64,000 nt of DNA from Trypanosoma brucei (Eukaryota). The notes beneath the pieces are model-generated. The model was not told the origin of the DNA. It was given only the letters and a program-made list of their open reading frames with translations, and ran no database searches. Positions 54,709 through 64,000 of this stretch are shown here, one piece after another. Numbering within the stretch: the stretch's first letter is position 1; each line of letters opens with the position of its first letter. A program made the position numbers and the translations under genes. The stretch spans positions 384,001 to 448,000 of the forward strand of contig AL929603.2 in NCBI GenBank assembly GCA_000002445.1, written 5' to 3'.

Positions 54709-56790
54709 ATGTTGCGCTACACCAGCTGCGCAGCTAATATGCTCTATGCACGCGGTGCGCTACGCGTCTTGGCTGGCGAAGAGAGTCTAATGTCGCATAA
54801 ACTGCTCGTCATCACGGCTCCACTGCTCAGCGCGCGATGCGTTCGCATGGCGTCAACTGGAGCCCCCGGCGCTGCCGAAAGTTTGGATAACAGTAACGTC
54901 GGTAGCGGCAGTAACATGCAATGCCGTGAGGCCTCCATCCGCCGGCTAGCGGTCGTGCGTCCCGATTTGGTTGGCGAATGGGTACCCGAGTTGAACGATA
55001 GTGACGTCTCCTCGGTTCTCTGTACGAGTACGATCGATGCGTGGTGGCGCTGTAATGCGTGCGGCACAAACTATCGGGCCACAGTGAAAGACCGTGCAAC
55101 CATTGAAAAGGGGTGCCCCGAGTGTGCGAGCACCCGTACGCTTAGGCAAAACCATGTTTCCTCTGACAGTTGTACCGGCACGGCCGCAGTCAGTGAAAGA
55201 ACTAACGAAACAGCGAAGGGATCCCTCAAGGAAACACATCCCGCTATCGCCGATCGTTGGGATTACGAGAGGAACGGCCTACTGCTCCCAACAGATGTTG
55301 ACGCCGCAAGTGAACTGAATGTTTGGTGGAAGCCGGCACCGGGTAGACCCTCACGTGAGCGATCGTTTCGCCGTCCAGTGTTCGCCTTCGTTGAGACACC
55401 CTACAGCGAAGAGGAGCAGCTGGAGGCCCAAACCGCTTTGGAGTTAGATGTATTGCAGCAAGTTCGGCAGGCATCCAAGATTACCACCGCTCGCGAAAAT
55501 CACGCTCTACCTGCAGCCGCGCGAATGCTGGATGACATTGTTTTTCGGAATAACAGCAGCAGTTCTTCTGAGCACACTTCCGCGACAACAAACATTGCGG
55601 CGTCGAGTGAACCGATGATTACTGAAGGAGCACAAGGGAACCGCTGTAATCTCGATGGGGAGGATCTGTACAAAGCTGTCGAGTTGTGGGAACGGAAACA
55701 TAAGACTAAGGCTGGATTGGAAACCCGACCGATGTTCTACTCCACAGAGAATTGTGACGGTGCTGCAATAGCGCGCGGGCAAGTGCTCACCGCTTATCAC
55801 CGCTTCGTCTCCGACCGTAAGCCTAAAGTGTGTACTGCACATGACGGCAATGAAAATGACCAACTCCCTATCCCTTCCGCCATTGAAGACCCCGACTGGT
55901 TGCAACACTTCACGCTGCGTGTAGATGATGTTGCCATCGGTCACAGCGCCTCCTCTGCACGTCTTGTTCTTCCCGACAATGTGGCGTTTGTGTCTGCGGT
56001 GGATCACGAGAAGCATACGACAGTCGCTAGTAATGGTGCTTCGAGGAAGAGCCGAATGGCCACACTGCCACCACCACCAGAGGAGTACGGAAGTGAGGTG
56101 CGCACAACGTTTGCTGTTCAAAAACGGTCGTATCCCCGCAGACCGCCCCAACCACCCGCACGGGAGGATGACGTGACGGAGGCAGTGCCGAAGGCTACGG
56201 AAGCTGCAGGCGAAAGAGCAATTGGATCCTTTCCACGTCACACGGGATCAGGCGCTGCACGGAACAATGGTCTACCCGAGGCCTCGTTCGCAGTAGTAAG
56301 TCTTTCGGGGGCACAAAGTCTCGCGCGGGAATACAACAGTGGTACAACGGACAATATAGACGCGCTTTTCGATGCCAAGGGTGAAGAACTTCAGAGACAA
56401 ACACTTCTTGGTCCCACCGCAATTAGTTCCATGACTGAGGAGCAGGTGCGAGCGCTGCAATACAACCGTGGGTCCCCTCGCCCTCGTCGCACAGGTCGCT
56501 TCAGGCTTCGACCTCCAGTTGAGACTGATAGTGGTTCTACTGAAGTTGTTAGGAAGGGGGATGTCCTAACTTCCACGTTTGGTTCAGGGGTGCTATCAGC
56601 AGCAGATGCGCCCACGCAAGATGAAGATAAAGACCTCAAGATTATTCAGGCGCCTGGTGCGCCCCGGAAAGTGTCGCGGCCCAAGAGAAAAAAGGCAGAG
56701 GAAGCAGCTCCTGGGGATGATTATGGTAATAATGCAGTTCGCGCTGCTGCTGGTGATGCGTCTAAAGATAAAGTAGCAGCTCCAGCTTAA
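54709..56790 (+). CDS. Hypothetical protein with predicted mitochondrial presequence and zinc-ribbon motif
   Basis: The N-terminus MLRYTSCAANMLYARGALRV...LLSARCVRMAS is presequence-like. WWRCNACGTNYRATVKDRATIEKGCPECAS has C-x2-C...C-x2-C ribbon spacing. The rest is low-complexity and Ser/Ala-rich. Confidence 0.5.
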   Translation: MLRYTSCAANMLYARGALRVLAGEESLMSHKLLVITAPLLSARCVRMASTGAPGAAESLDNSNVGSGSNMQCREASIRRLAVVRPDLVGEWVPELNDSDVSSVLCTSTIDAWWRCNACGTNYRATVKDRATIEKGCPECASTRTLRQNHVSSDSCTGTAAVSERTNETAKGSLKETHPAIADRWDYERNGLLLPTDVDAASELNVWWKPAPGRPSRERSFRRPVFAFVETPYSEEEQLEAQTALELDVLQQVRQASKITTARENHALPAAARMLDDIVFRNNSSSSSEHTSATTNIAASSEPMITEGAQGNRCNLDGEDLYKAVELWERKHKTKAGLETRPMFYSTENCDGAAIARGQVLTAYHRFVSDRKPKVCTAHDGNENDQLPIPSAIEDPDWLQHFTLRVDDVAIGHSASSARLVLPDNVAFVSAVDHEKHTTVASNGASRKSRMATLPPPPEEYGSEVRTTFAVQKRSYPRRPPQPPAREDDVTEAVPKATEAAGERAIGSFPRHTGSGAARNNGLPEASFAVVSLSGAQSLAREYNSGTTDNIDALFDAKGEELQRQTLLGPTAISSMTEEQVRALQYNRGSPRPRRTGRFRLRPPVETDSGSTEVVRKGDVLTSTFGSGVLSAADAPTQDEDKDLKIIQAPGAPRKVSRPKRKKAEEAAPGDDYGNNAVRAAAGDASKDKVAAPA

Positions 56791-57388
56791 GAGCACTTTG
56801 AATATTTGTTTGTGTCTGCTCGTACGGAGACGTACTGTGAGTAAAGAAGAAGGAAATCAACGCGAGGATCTGAGGAGGGAAGGAAAGAGGGGCGAAGTGA
56901 AGTGAACCCACACCCGCATCTTCCGCTGTTTGTCTGGTGGCCACAACTTCCTTTCACCGTTTCTTGGTTGCCTGTGGAACGTGGCATCAATGAACTTCGT
57001 GTGCTTTTTAAGTAGAAACCCCTCTGCGACTACTGTCTGTTCTTCTCTTCCTCACACCCGTCTCTATTTCCCTTTTCCTCTTTCTTTTGCTTCCCCAAAG
57101 CAACCAACCTGGAAGTCATTACGGGGGATCTTGTACTATTTTCATTATTTGTTTTTATTGCTTTTGCTACTGCCGTTGGTGGTTGCACAACGTTTGTACC
57201 AAATATACATATAAAGGGGAGGGAAAGAAAGTCGAAATAACGATAATAATAACAGACGCAACAAAGTTGGAAAAAAGACTTGGAGCATTGACGGGAGGGG
57301 GTAGTGGGTGTGAGTATTTTCAGCAAGGTAAAGATTTTGAAACGCCAAGAGTTGCATACACACAGACAAACAGAGGAAAGAGAAGACA

Positions 57389-60300
57389 ATGTCGTATTAT
57401 AATAATCAACAACAGTCGCTCCCGTTTCAACCACTTCTTTCATCCAGAAGCTTCAGAACGGTACGCAGCCATGTAACGCGAACAAGTAACCTTCACTGTA
57501 GCACTGCAAGGGACGATGTTGATGCCACCTGCAGCGATACCACCATGAGTTTACACCATAGTGATACGAAAAGTTGTACCGATTTAGATTGTGCCACGAT
57601 GACCTCAAGGAGGAGACAACGATTGCCTTGCTTTGTTTGGAGCAAGAAAACTATTCCTCAACACCCCCAAGACTGGTCCAAGTCGAGACCAGATAGCTTC
57701 CGACATGATGATACCAGCCTTCTTAAGCAAGAGGGAGACTCGTTGCCCAGTGCACGAAGGGATGTACAACTACACTGCCAGGGACACCCAACACGGCCGC
57801 TCGTTTCCGCGCGGTCTGGGGGGAAAACGCGAACAAGGACTGTTTATAATAACAGTACCGTTACATGTACAACGTGCGCCACAGGTAGGAAGTTATCATA
57901 CCCACTATCAGTGGAAGCACATAATGATCACGCATTGTGCACGTGCGTCCCATGGCTCAGGTCTCTTGAGGCACTTCATCACCACGACGTAACCCCTGAA
58001 AAGGGCTGGGAATGCATATCCATTGAACGGGACGCGTTCAACCGCTCAACAGTTAGCTCCATTTCACCACCGTTATCACCGTATCTACCAGCGAAAACAC
58101 AGGGGAAAAAGGGACAAATGACAAATTTACTCTCACCACGAAGGTTGTACGCCGCCGTCAATAGCGCTAAAACCAAAAGCGACAGAGACGTATTTGCAGT
58201 TAGTGCCCGACCACATAAAACCAGTATGGGAAGCAGTGTAAACACAGCACGGCAGTATACAAAATATGTTAAAACAGCAAGAGAAGCATCACGAAAACCA
58301 CTTACTGTGCGCCATATCAATGACACAAATCCAATATATACCTTCTCAAATGAAAACAAGCAGAGGAATAAAGAAAATGCACTTCAGGATACGAAGAAGC
58401 CTGAAACAAAACCAGAAATAGAAATCTCCACAGCAACAACGGACGGACCTACGTACAACGAAAAAATAACAAAATGCAGAATGGAATCGCCTGCACTACG
58501 AAAAACAAAAAAAGAAGCTACGACCGAAAACCAAACTCAATGCACAAAACAGAAGGCACCAGCGACAAAAAATACATCTTCCATTCAAAAAAAATACGAA
58601 CTCAGTACCACACAAAAACAACAACTGGAAATAAAAAAAAAAGAAAAAAAGAAAAAAAAGAGTAGTATCAACACTAAAAACCCAATCACACAACAACAAA
58701 ACACAAAGCAACGTACATCGCTTACGCAGAACCTACAAAACAATTCAACATCAGAAAAGGAATTTAACCACATTCGAATAAACTCAACCAAAACCATCAT
58801 GGACGAGGCACCATGCGCCCCGGAGGACTTCCTAGCGGAGGAATCCCAGCAACACACTGCGAGGAGTGAAGCTGACATTGATGAAGAGCAGCAGCCGCAG
58901 GAGCAGCAAACCGAAGCCATCATGGACGAGGCACCATGCGCCCCGGAGGACTTCATAGCGGAGGAATCCCAGCAACACACTGCGAGGAGTGAAGCTGACA
59001 TTGATGAAGAGCAGCAGCCGCAGGAGCAGCAAACCGAAACCATCATGGACGAGGCACCATGCGCCCCGGAGGACTTCCTAGCGGAGGAATCCCAGCAACA
59101 CACTGCGAGGAGTGAAGCTGACATTGATGAAGAGCAGCAGCCGCAGGAGCAGCAAACCGAAACCATCATGGACGAGGCACCATGCGCCCCGGAGGACTTC
59201 CTAGCGGAGGAATCCCAGCAACACACTGCGAGGAGTGAAGCTGACATTGATGAAGAGCAGCAGCCGCAGGAGCAGCAAACCGAAACCATCATGGACGAGG
59301 CACCATGCGCCCCGGAGGACTTCCTAGCGGAGGAATCCCAGCAACACACTGCGAGGAGTGAAGCTGACATTGATGAAGAGCAGCAGCCGCAGGAGCAGCA
59401 AACCGAAACCATCATGGACGAGGCACCATGCGCCCCGGAGGACTTCCTAGCGGAGGAATCCCAGCAACACACTGCGAGGAGTGAAGCTGACATTGATGAA
59501 GAGCAGCAGCCGCAGGAGCAGCAAACCGAAACCATCATGGACGAGGCACCATGCGCCCCGGAGGACTTCCTAGCGGAGGAATCCCAGCAACACACTGCGA
59601 GGAGTGAAGCTGACATTGATGAAGAGCAGCAGCCGCAGGAGCAGCAAACCGAAGCCATCATGGACGAGGCACCATGCGCCCCGGAGGACTTCCTAGCGGA
59701 GGAATCCCAGCAACACACTGCGAGGAGTGAAGCTGACATTGATGAAGAGCAGCAGCCGCAGGAGCAGCAAACCGAAGCCATCATGGACGAGGCATCATGC
59801 GCCCCGGAGGACTTCATAGCGGAGGAATCCCAGCAACACACTGCGAGGAGTGAAGCTGACATTGATGAAGAGCAGCAGCCGCAGGAGCAGCAAACCGAAG
59901 CCATCATGGACGAGGCACCATGCGCCCCGGAGGACTTCCTAGCGGAGGAATCCCAGCAACACACTGCGAGGAGTGAAGCTGACATTGATGAAGAGCAGCA
60001 GCCGCAGGAGCAGCAAACCGAAGCCATCATGGACGAGGCACCATGCGCCCCGGAGGACTTCCTAGCGGAGGAATCCCAGCAACACACTGCGAGGAGTGAA
60101 GCTGACATTGATGAAGAGCAGCAGCCGCAGGAGCAGCAAACCGAAACCATCATGGACGAGGCACCATGCGCCCCGGAGGACTTCCTAGCGGAGGAATCCC
60201 AGCAACACACTGCGAGGAGTGAAGCTGACATTGATGAAGAGCAGCAGCCGCAGGAGCAGCAAACCGAAACCATCATGGACGAGGCACCATGCGCCCCGGA

Positions 60301-63300
60301 GGACTTCCTAGCGGAGGAATCCCAGCAACACACTGCGAGGAGTGAAGCTGACATTGATGAAGAGCAGCAGCCGCAGGAGCAGCAAACCGAAACCATCATG
60401 GACGAGGCACCATGCGCCCCGGAGGACTTCCTAGCGGAGGAATCCCAGCAACACACTGCGAGGAGTGAAGCTGACATTGATGAAGAGCAGCAGCCGCAGG
60501 AGCAGCAAACCGAAACCATCATGGACGAGGCACCATGCGCTCCGGAGGACTTCCTAGCGGAGGAATCCCAGCAACACACTGCGAGGAGTGAAGCTGACAT
60601 TGATGAAGAGCAGCAGCCGCAGGAGCAGCAAACCGAAACCATCATGGACGAGGCACCATGCGCCCCGGAGGACTTCCTAGCGGAGGAATCCCAGCAACAC
60701 ACTGCGAGGAGTGAAGCTGACATTGATGAAGAGCAGCAGCCGCAGGAGCAGCAAACCGAAACCATCATGGACGAGGCACCATGCGCTCCGGAGGACTTCC
60801 TAGCGGAGGAATCCCAGCAACACACTGCGAGGAGTGAAGCTGACATTGATGAAGAGCAGCAGCCGCAGGAGCAGCAAACCGAAACCATCATGGACGAGGC
60901 ACCATGCGCTCCGGAGGACTTCCTAGCGGAGGAATCCCAGCAACACACTGCGAGGAGTGAAGCTGACATTGATGAAGAGCAGCAGCCGCAGGAGCAGCAA
61001 ACCGAAACCATCATGGACGAGGCACCATGCGCTCCGGAGGACTTCATAGCGGAGGAATCCCAGCAACACACTGCGAGGAGTGAAGCTGACATTGATGAAG
61101 AGCAGCAGCCGCAGGAGCAGCAAACCGAAACCATCATGGACGAGGCACCATGCGCTCCGGAGGACTTCCTAGCGGAGGAATCCCAGCAACACACTGCGAG
61201 GAGTGAAGCTGACATTGATGAAGAGCAGCAGCCGCAGGAGCAGCAAACCGAAACCATCATGGACGAGGCACCATGCGCTCCGGAGGACTTCCTAGCGGAG
61301 GAATCCCAGCAACACACTGCGAGGAGTGAAGCTGACATTGACGAAGAGCAGCAGCCGCAGGAGCAGCAAACCGAAACCATCATGGACGAGGCACCATGCG
61401 CCCCGGAGGACTTCCTAGCGGAGGAATCCCAGCAACACACTGCGAGGAGTGAAGCTGACATTGATGAAGAGCAGCAGCCGCAGGAGCAGCAAACCGAAAC
61501 CATCATGGACGAGGCACCATGCGCCCCGGAGGACTTCCTAGCGGAGGAATCCCAGCAACACACTGCGAGGAGTGAAGCTGACATTGATGAAGAGCAGCAG
61601 CCGCAGGAGCAGCAAACCGAAACCATCATGGACGAGGCACCATGCGCCCCGGAGGACTTCCTAGCGGAGGAATCCCAGCAACACACTGCGAGGAGTGAAG
61701 CTGACATTGATGAAGAGCAGCAGCCGCAGGAGCAGCAAACCGAAACCATCATGGACGAGGCACCATGCGCTCCGGAGGACTTCCTAGCGGAGGAATCCCA
61801 GCAACACACTGCGAGGAGTGAAGCTGACATTGATGAAGAGCAGCAGCCGCAGGAGCAGCAAACCGAAACCATCATGGACGAGGCACCATGCGCTCCGGAG
61901 GACTTCCTAGCGGAGGAATCCCAGCAACACACTGCGAGGAGTGAAGCTGACATTGATGAAGAGCAGCAGCCGCAGGAGCAGCAAACCGAAACCATCATGG
62001 ACGAGGCACCATGCGCCCCGGAGGACTTCCTAGCGGAGGAATCCCAGCAACACACTGCGAGGAGTGAAGCTGACATTGATGAAGAGCAGCAGCCGCAGGA
62101 GCAGCAAACCGAAACCATCATGGACGAGGCACCATGCGCCCCGGAGGACTTCCTAGCGGAGGAATCCCAGCAACACACTGCGAGGAGTGAAGCTGACATT
62201 GATGAAGAGCAGCAGCCGCAGGAGCAGCAAACCGAAACCATCATGGACGAGGCACCATGCGCCCCGGAGGACTTCCTAGCGGAGGAATCCCAGCAACACA
62301 CTGCGAGGAGTGAAGCTGACATTGATGAAGAGCAGCAGCCGCAGGAGCAGCAAACCGAAACCATCATGGACGAGGCACCATGCGCCCCGGAGGACTTCCT
62401 AGCGGAGGAATCCCAGCAACACACTGCGAGGAGTGAAGCTGACATTGATGAAGAGCAGCAGCCGCAGGAGCAGCAAACCGAAGCCATCATGGACGAGGCA
62501 CCATGCGCCCCGGAGGACTTCATAGCGGAGGAATCCCAGCAACACACTGCGAGGAGTGAAGCTGACATTGATGAAGAGCAGCAGCCGCAGGAGCAGCAAA
62601 CCGAAACCATCATGGACGAGGCACCATGCGCCCCGGAGGACTTCCTAGCGGAGGAATCCCAGCAACACACTGCGAGGAGTGAAGCTGACATTGATGAAGA
62701 GCAGCAGCCGCAGGAGCAGCAAACCGAAACCATCATGGACGAGGCACCATGCGCCCCGGAGGACTTCCTAGCGGAGGAATCCCAGCAACACACTGCGAGA
62801 AGTGAAGCTGACATTGATGAAGAGCAGCAGCCGCAGGAGCAGCAAACCGAAACCATCATGGACGAGGCACCATGCGCCCCGGAGGACTTCCTAGCGGAGG
62901 AATCCCAGCAACACACTGCGAGAAGTGAAGCTGACATTGATGAAGAGCAGCAGCCGCAGGAGCAGCAAACCGAAACCATCATGGACGAGGCACCATGCGC
63001 CCCGGAGGACTTCCTAGCGGAGGAATCCCAGCAACACACTGCGAGGAGTGAAGCTGACATTGATGAAGAGCAGCAGCCGCAGGAGCAGCAAACCGAAACC
63101 ATCATGGACGAGGCACCATGCGCCCCGGAGGACTTCCTAGCGGAGGAATCCCAGCAACACACTGCGAGGAGTGAAGCTGACATTGATGAAGAGCAGCAGC
63201 CGCAGGAGCAGCAAACCGAAACCATCATGGACGAGGCACCATGCGCCCCGGAGGACTTCCTAGCGGAGGAATCCCAGCAACACACTGCGAGAAGTGAAGC

Positions 63301-64000
63301 TGACATTGATGAAGAGCAGCAGCCGCAGGAGCAGCAAACCGAAACCATCATGGACGAGGCACCATGCGCCCCGGAGGACTTCCTAGCGGAGGAATCCCAG
63401 CAACACACTGCGAGGAGTGAAGCTGACATTGATGAAGAGCAGCAGCCGCAGGAGCAGCAAACCGAAACCATCATGGACGAGGCACCATGCGCCCCGGAGG
63501 ACTTCCTAGCGGAGGAATCCCAGCAACACACTGCGAGGAGTGAAGCTGACATTGATGAAGAGCAGCAGCCGCAGGAGCAGCAAACCGAAACCATCATGGA
63601 CGAGGCACCATGCGCCCCGGAGGACTTCCTAGCGGAGGAATCCCAGCAACACACTGCGAGGAGTGAAGCTGACATTGATGAAGAGCAGCAGCCGCAGGAG
63701 CAGCAAACCGAAACCATCATGGACGAGGCACCATGCGCCCCGGAGGACTTCCTAGCGGAGGAATCCCAGCAACACACTGCGAGGAGTGAAGCTGACATTG
63801 ATGAAGAGCAGCAGCCGCAGGAGCAGCAAACCGAAGCCATCATGGACGAGGCACCATGCGCCCCGGAGGACTTCCTAGCGGAGGAATCCCAGCAACACAC
63901 TGCGAGGAGTGAAGCTGACATTGATGAAGAGCAGCAGCCGCAGGAGCAGCAAACCGAAGCCATCATGGACGAGGCACCATGCGCCCCGGAGGACTTCCTA
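57389..64000 (+). CDS. Large repetitive protein (3'-partial): roughly 470-aa unique N-terminal region followed by at least 42 tandem 41-aa acidic repeats (consensus TE[AT]IMDEAPCAPEDF[LI]AEESQQHTARSEADIDEEQQPQEQQ)
   Basis: Frame 2 is open from the ATG at 57389 to the window end with no stop. I hand-translated 57389-58800 and it runs in frame into the repeats. Every repeat unit keeps the frame open. Amino-acid variants between units are conservative in this frame (A/T, L/I, P/S) but non-conservative in the antisense frame (R/M, G/D). The gene is co-directional with the whole cluster. The ORF track misses it because it has no stop within the window. Confidence 0.7.
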   Translation, partial: MSYYNNQQQSLPFQPLLSSRSFRTVRSHVTRTSNLHCSTARDDVDATCSDTTMSLHHSDTKSCTDLDCATMTSRRRQRLPCFVWSKKTIPQHPQDWSKSRPDSFRHDDTSLLKQEGDSLPSARRDVQLHCQGHPTRPLVSARSGGKTRTRTVYNNSTVTCTTCATGRKLSYPLSVEAHNDHALCTCVPWLRSLEALHHHDVTPEKGWECISIERDAFNRSTVSSISPPLSPYLPAKTQGKKGQMTNLLSPRRLYAAVNSAKTKSDRDVFAVSARPHKTSMGSSVNTARQYTKYVKTAREASRKPLTVRHINDTNPIYTFSNENKQRNKENALQDTKKPETKPEIEISTATTDGPTYNEKITKCRMESPALRKTKKEATTENQTQCTKQKAPATKNTSSIQKKYELSTTQKQQLEIKKKEKKKKKSSINTKNPITQQQNTKQRTSLTQNLQNNSTSEKEFNHIRINSTKTIMDEAPCAPEDFLAEESQQHTARSEADIDEEQQPQEQQTEAIMDEAPCAPEDFIAEESQQHTARSEADIDEEQQPQEQQTETIMDEAPCAPEDFLAEESQQHTARSEADIDEEQQPQEQQTETIMDEAPCAPEDFLAEESQQHTARSEADIDEEQQPQEQQTETIMDEAPCAPEDFLAEESQQHTARSEADIDEEQQPQEQQTETIMDEAPCAPEDFLAEESQQHTARSEADIDEEQQPQEQQTETIMDEAPCAPEDFLAEESQQHTARSEADIDEEQQPQEQQTEAIMDEAPCAPEDFLAEESQQHTARSEADIDEEQQPQEQQTEAIMDEASCAPEDFIAEESQQHTARSEADIDEEQQPQEQQTEAIMDEAPCAPEDFLAEESQQHTARSEADIDEEQQPQEQQTEAIMDEAPCAPEDFLAEESQQHTARSEADIDEEQQPQEQQTETIMDEAPCAPEDFLAEESQQHTARSEADIDEEQQPQEQQTETIMDEAPCAPEDFLAEESQQHTARSEADIDEEQQPQEQQTETIMDEAPCAPEDFLAEESQQHTARSEADIDEEQQPQEQQTETIMDEAPCAPEDFLAEESQQHTARSEADIDEEQQPQEQQTETIMDEAPCAPEDFLAEESQQHTARSEADIDEEQQPQEQQTETIMDEAPCAPEDFLAEESQQHTARSEADIDEEQQPQEQQTETIMDEAPCAPEDFLAEESQQHTARSEADIDEEQQPQEQQTETIMDEAPCAPEDFIAEESQQHTARSEADIDEEQQPQEQQTETIMDEAPCAPEDFLAEESQQHTARSEADIDEEQQPQEQQTETIMDEAPCAPEDFLAEESQQHTARSEADIDEEQQPQEQQTETIMDEAPCAPEDFLAEESQQHTARSEADIDEEQQPQEQQTETIMDEAPCAPEDFLAEESQQHTARSEADIDEEQQPQEQQTETIMDEAPCAPEDFLAEESQQHTARSEADIDEEQQPQEQQTETIMDEAPCAPEDFLAEESQQHTARSEADIDEEQQPQEQQTETIMDEAPCAPEDFLAEESQQHTARSEADIDEEQQPQEQQTETIMDEAPCAPEDFLAEESQQHTARSEADIDEEQQPQEQQTETIMDEAPCAPEDFLAEESQQHTARSEADIDEEQQPQEQQTETIMDEAPCAPEDFLAEESQQHTARSEADIDEEQQPQEQQTETIMDEAPCAPEDFLAEESQQHTARSEADIDEEQQPQEQQTEAIMDEAPCAPEDFIAEESQQHTARSEADIDEEQQPQEQQTETIMDEAPCAPEDFLAEESQQHTARSEADIDEEQQPQEQQTETIMDEAPCAPEDFLAEESQQHTARSEADIDEEQQPQEQQTETIMDEAPCAPEDFLAEESQQHTARSEADIDEEQQPQEQQTETIMDEAPCAPEDFLAEESQQHTARSEADIDEEQQPQEQQTETIMDEAPCAPEDFLAEESQQHTARSEADIDEEQQPQEQQTETIMDEAPCAPEDFLAEESQQHTARSEADIDEEQQPQEQQTETIMDEAPCAPEDFLAEESQQHTARSEADIDEEQQPQEQQTETIMDEAPCAPEDFLAEESQQHTARSEADIDEEQQPQEQQTETIMDEAPCAPEDFLAEESQQHTARSEADIDEEQQPQEQQTETIMDEAPCAPEDFLAEESQQHTARSEADIDEEQQPQEQQTEAIMDEAPCAPEDFLAEESQQHTARSEADIDEEQQPQEQQTEAIMDEAPCAPEDFL
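58780..64000. repeat. Tandem array of 123-bp units, at least 42 copies, above 97% identical, truncated by the window end
   Basis: The ATCATGGACGAG landmark recurs at 58796, 58919, 59042 and onward, a period of 123 bp. Only about six polymorphic sites distinguish units, and the variants are shared by adjacent units in blocks. Confidence 0.95.

Noticed and set aside
55507-56241. 244-aa minus-strand ORF inside the 54709..56790 gene
   Set aside because: It is antisense to a longer co-directional ORF, has no motifs, and its composition is a mirror of the sense strand.
58832-59032. Repeated 66-aa minus-strand ORFs (58832, 60923, 62399)
   Set aside because: They arise only where the ttcAtagcg repeat variant creates an antisense ATG. 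They are artefacts of the repeat.
58585-63966. 1793-aa minus-strand ORF (Cys/Ser-rich MMASVCCSCGCCSSS... repeats)
   Set aside because: It is the antisense reading of the 123-bp repeat array, and any periodic array is open in several frames. It begins at a Met inside the array and stops 200 nt after leaving it. It runs opposite to the 20-gene unidirectional cluster. Its inter-unit substitutions are non-conservative (R/M, G/D). The + frame is the one that connects to a unique N-terminal domain with an ATG.
58780-64000. Possible CRISPR array (regular direct repeats)
   Set aside because: The units are contiguous 123-bp near-identical copies with no unique spacers. They are protein-coding in frame and the context is eukaryotic. 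Not CRISPR.

Overview
This window reads as a eukaryotic, kinetoplastid (Trypanosoma-like) nuclear chromosome segment, not a prokaryotic locus. Every long ORF (about 20) lies on the + strand in one unidirectional polycistronic array. Coding regions are about 50-55% GC. They are separated by AT-rich spacers with long polypyrimidine tracts followed by AG (trans-splicing/polyadenylation signals) and with (TA)n, (GT)n and (GA)n microsatellites. Purine-rich stretches sit just downstream of several stop codons. Products recognisable from motifs are: a giant multidomain protein kinase (RIIa-like, 2x cNMP-binding, PAS, receiver-like, STE-type kinase); Misato/DML1; a tubulin-tyrosine-ligase-like protein; NSF; SCO1; a giant Pus7/TruD pseudouridine synthase; a DEAD-box helicase; two ELOF1/Elf1-type zinc-finger proteins (one canonical, one divergent) about 9 kb apart; an ESCO/Eco1 acetyltransferase; a mitochondrial-type RNase III plus U1-zinc-finger protein (editosome KREN/KREPB or mRPN1-like); AATF/Bfr2; a degenerate cyclophilin; and several large hypothetical proteins. 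The 3' end holds a large gene whose unique N-terminal region (from the ATG at 57389) runs into at least 42 near-identical 123-bp (41-aa) acidic tandem repeats that continue past the window end. The ORF track reports only its antisense frame. I found no rRNA or tRNA genes, no CRISPR array, no mobile element and no prokaryotic defence system. Several ORF-track starts are GTG/TTG artefacts and were trimmed to the first in-frame ATG.
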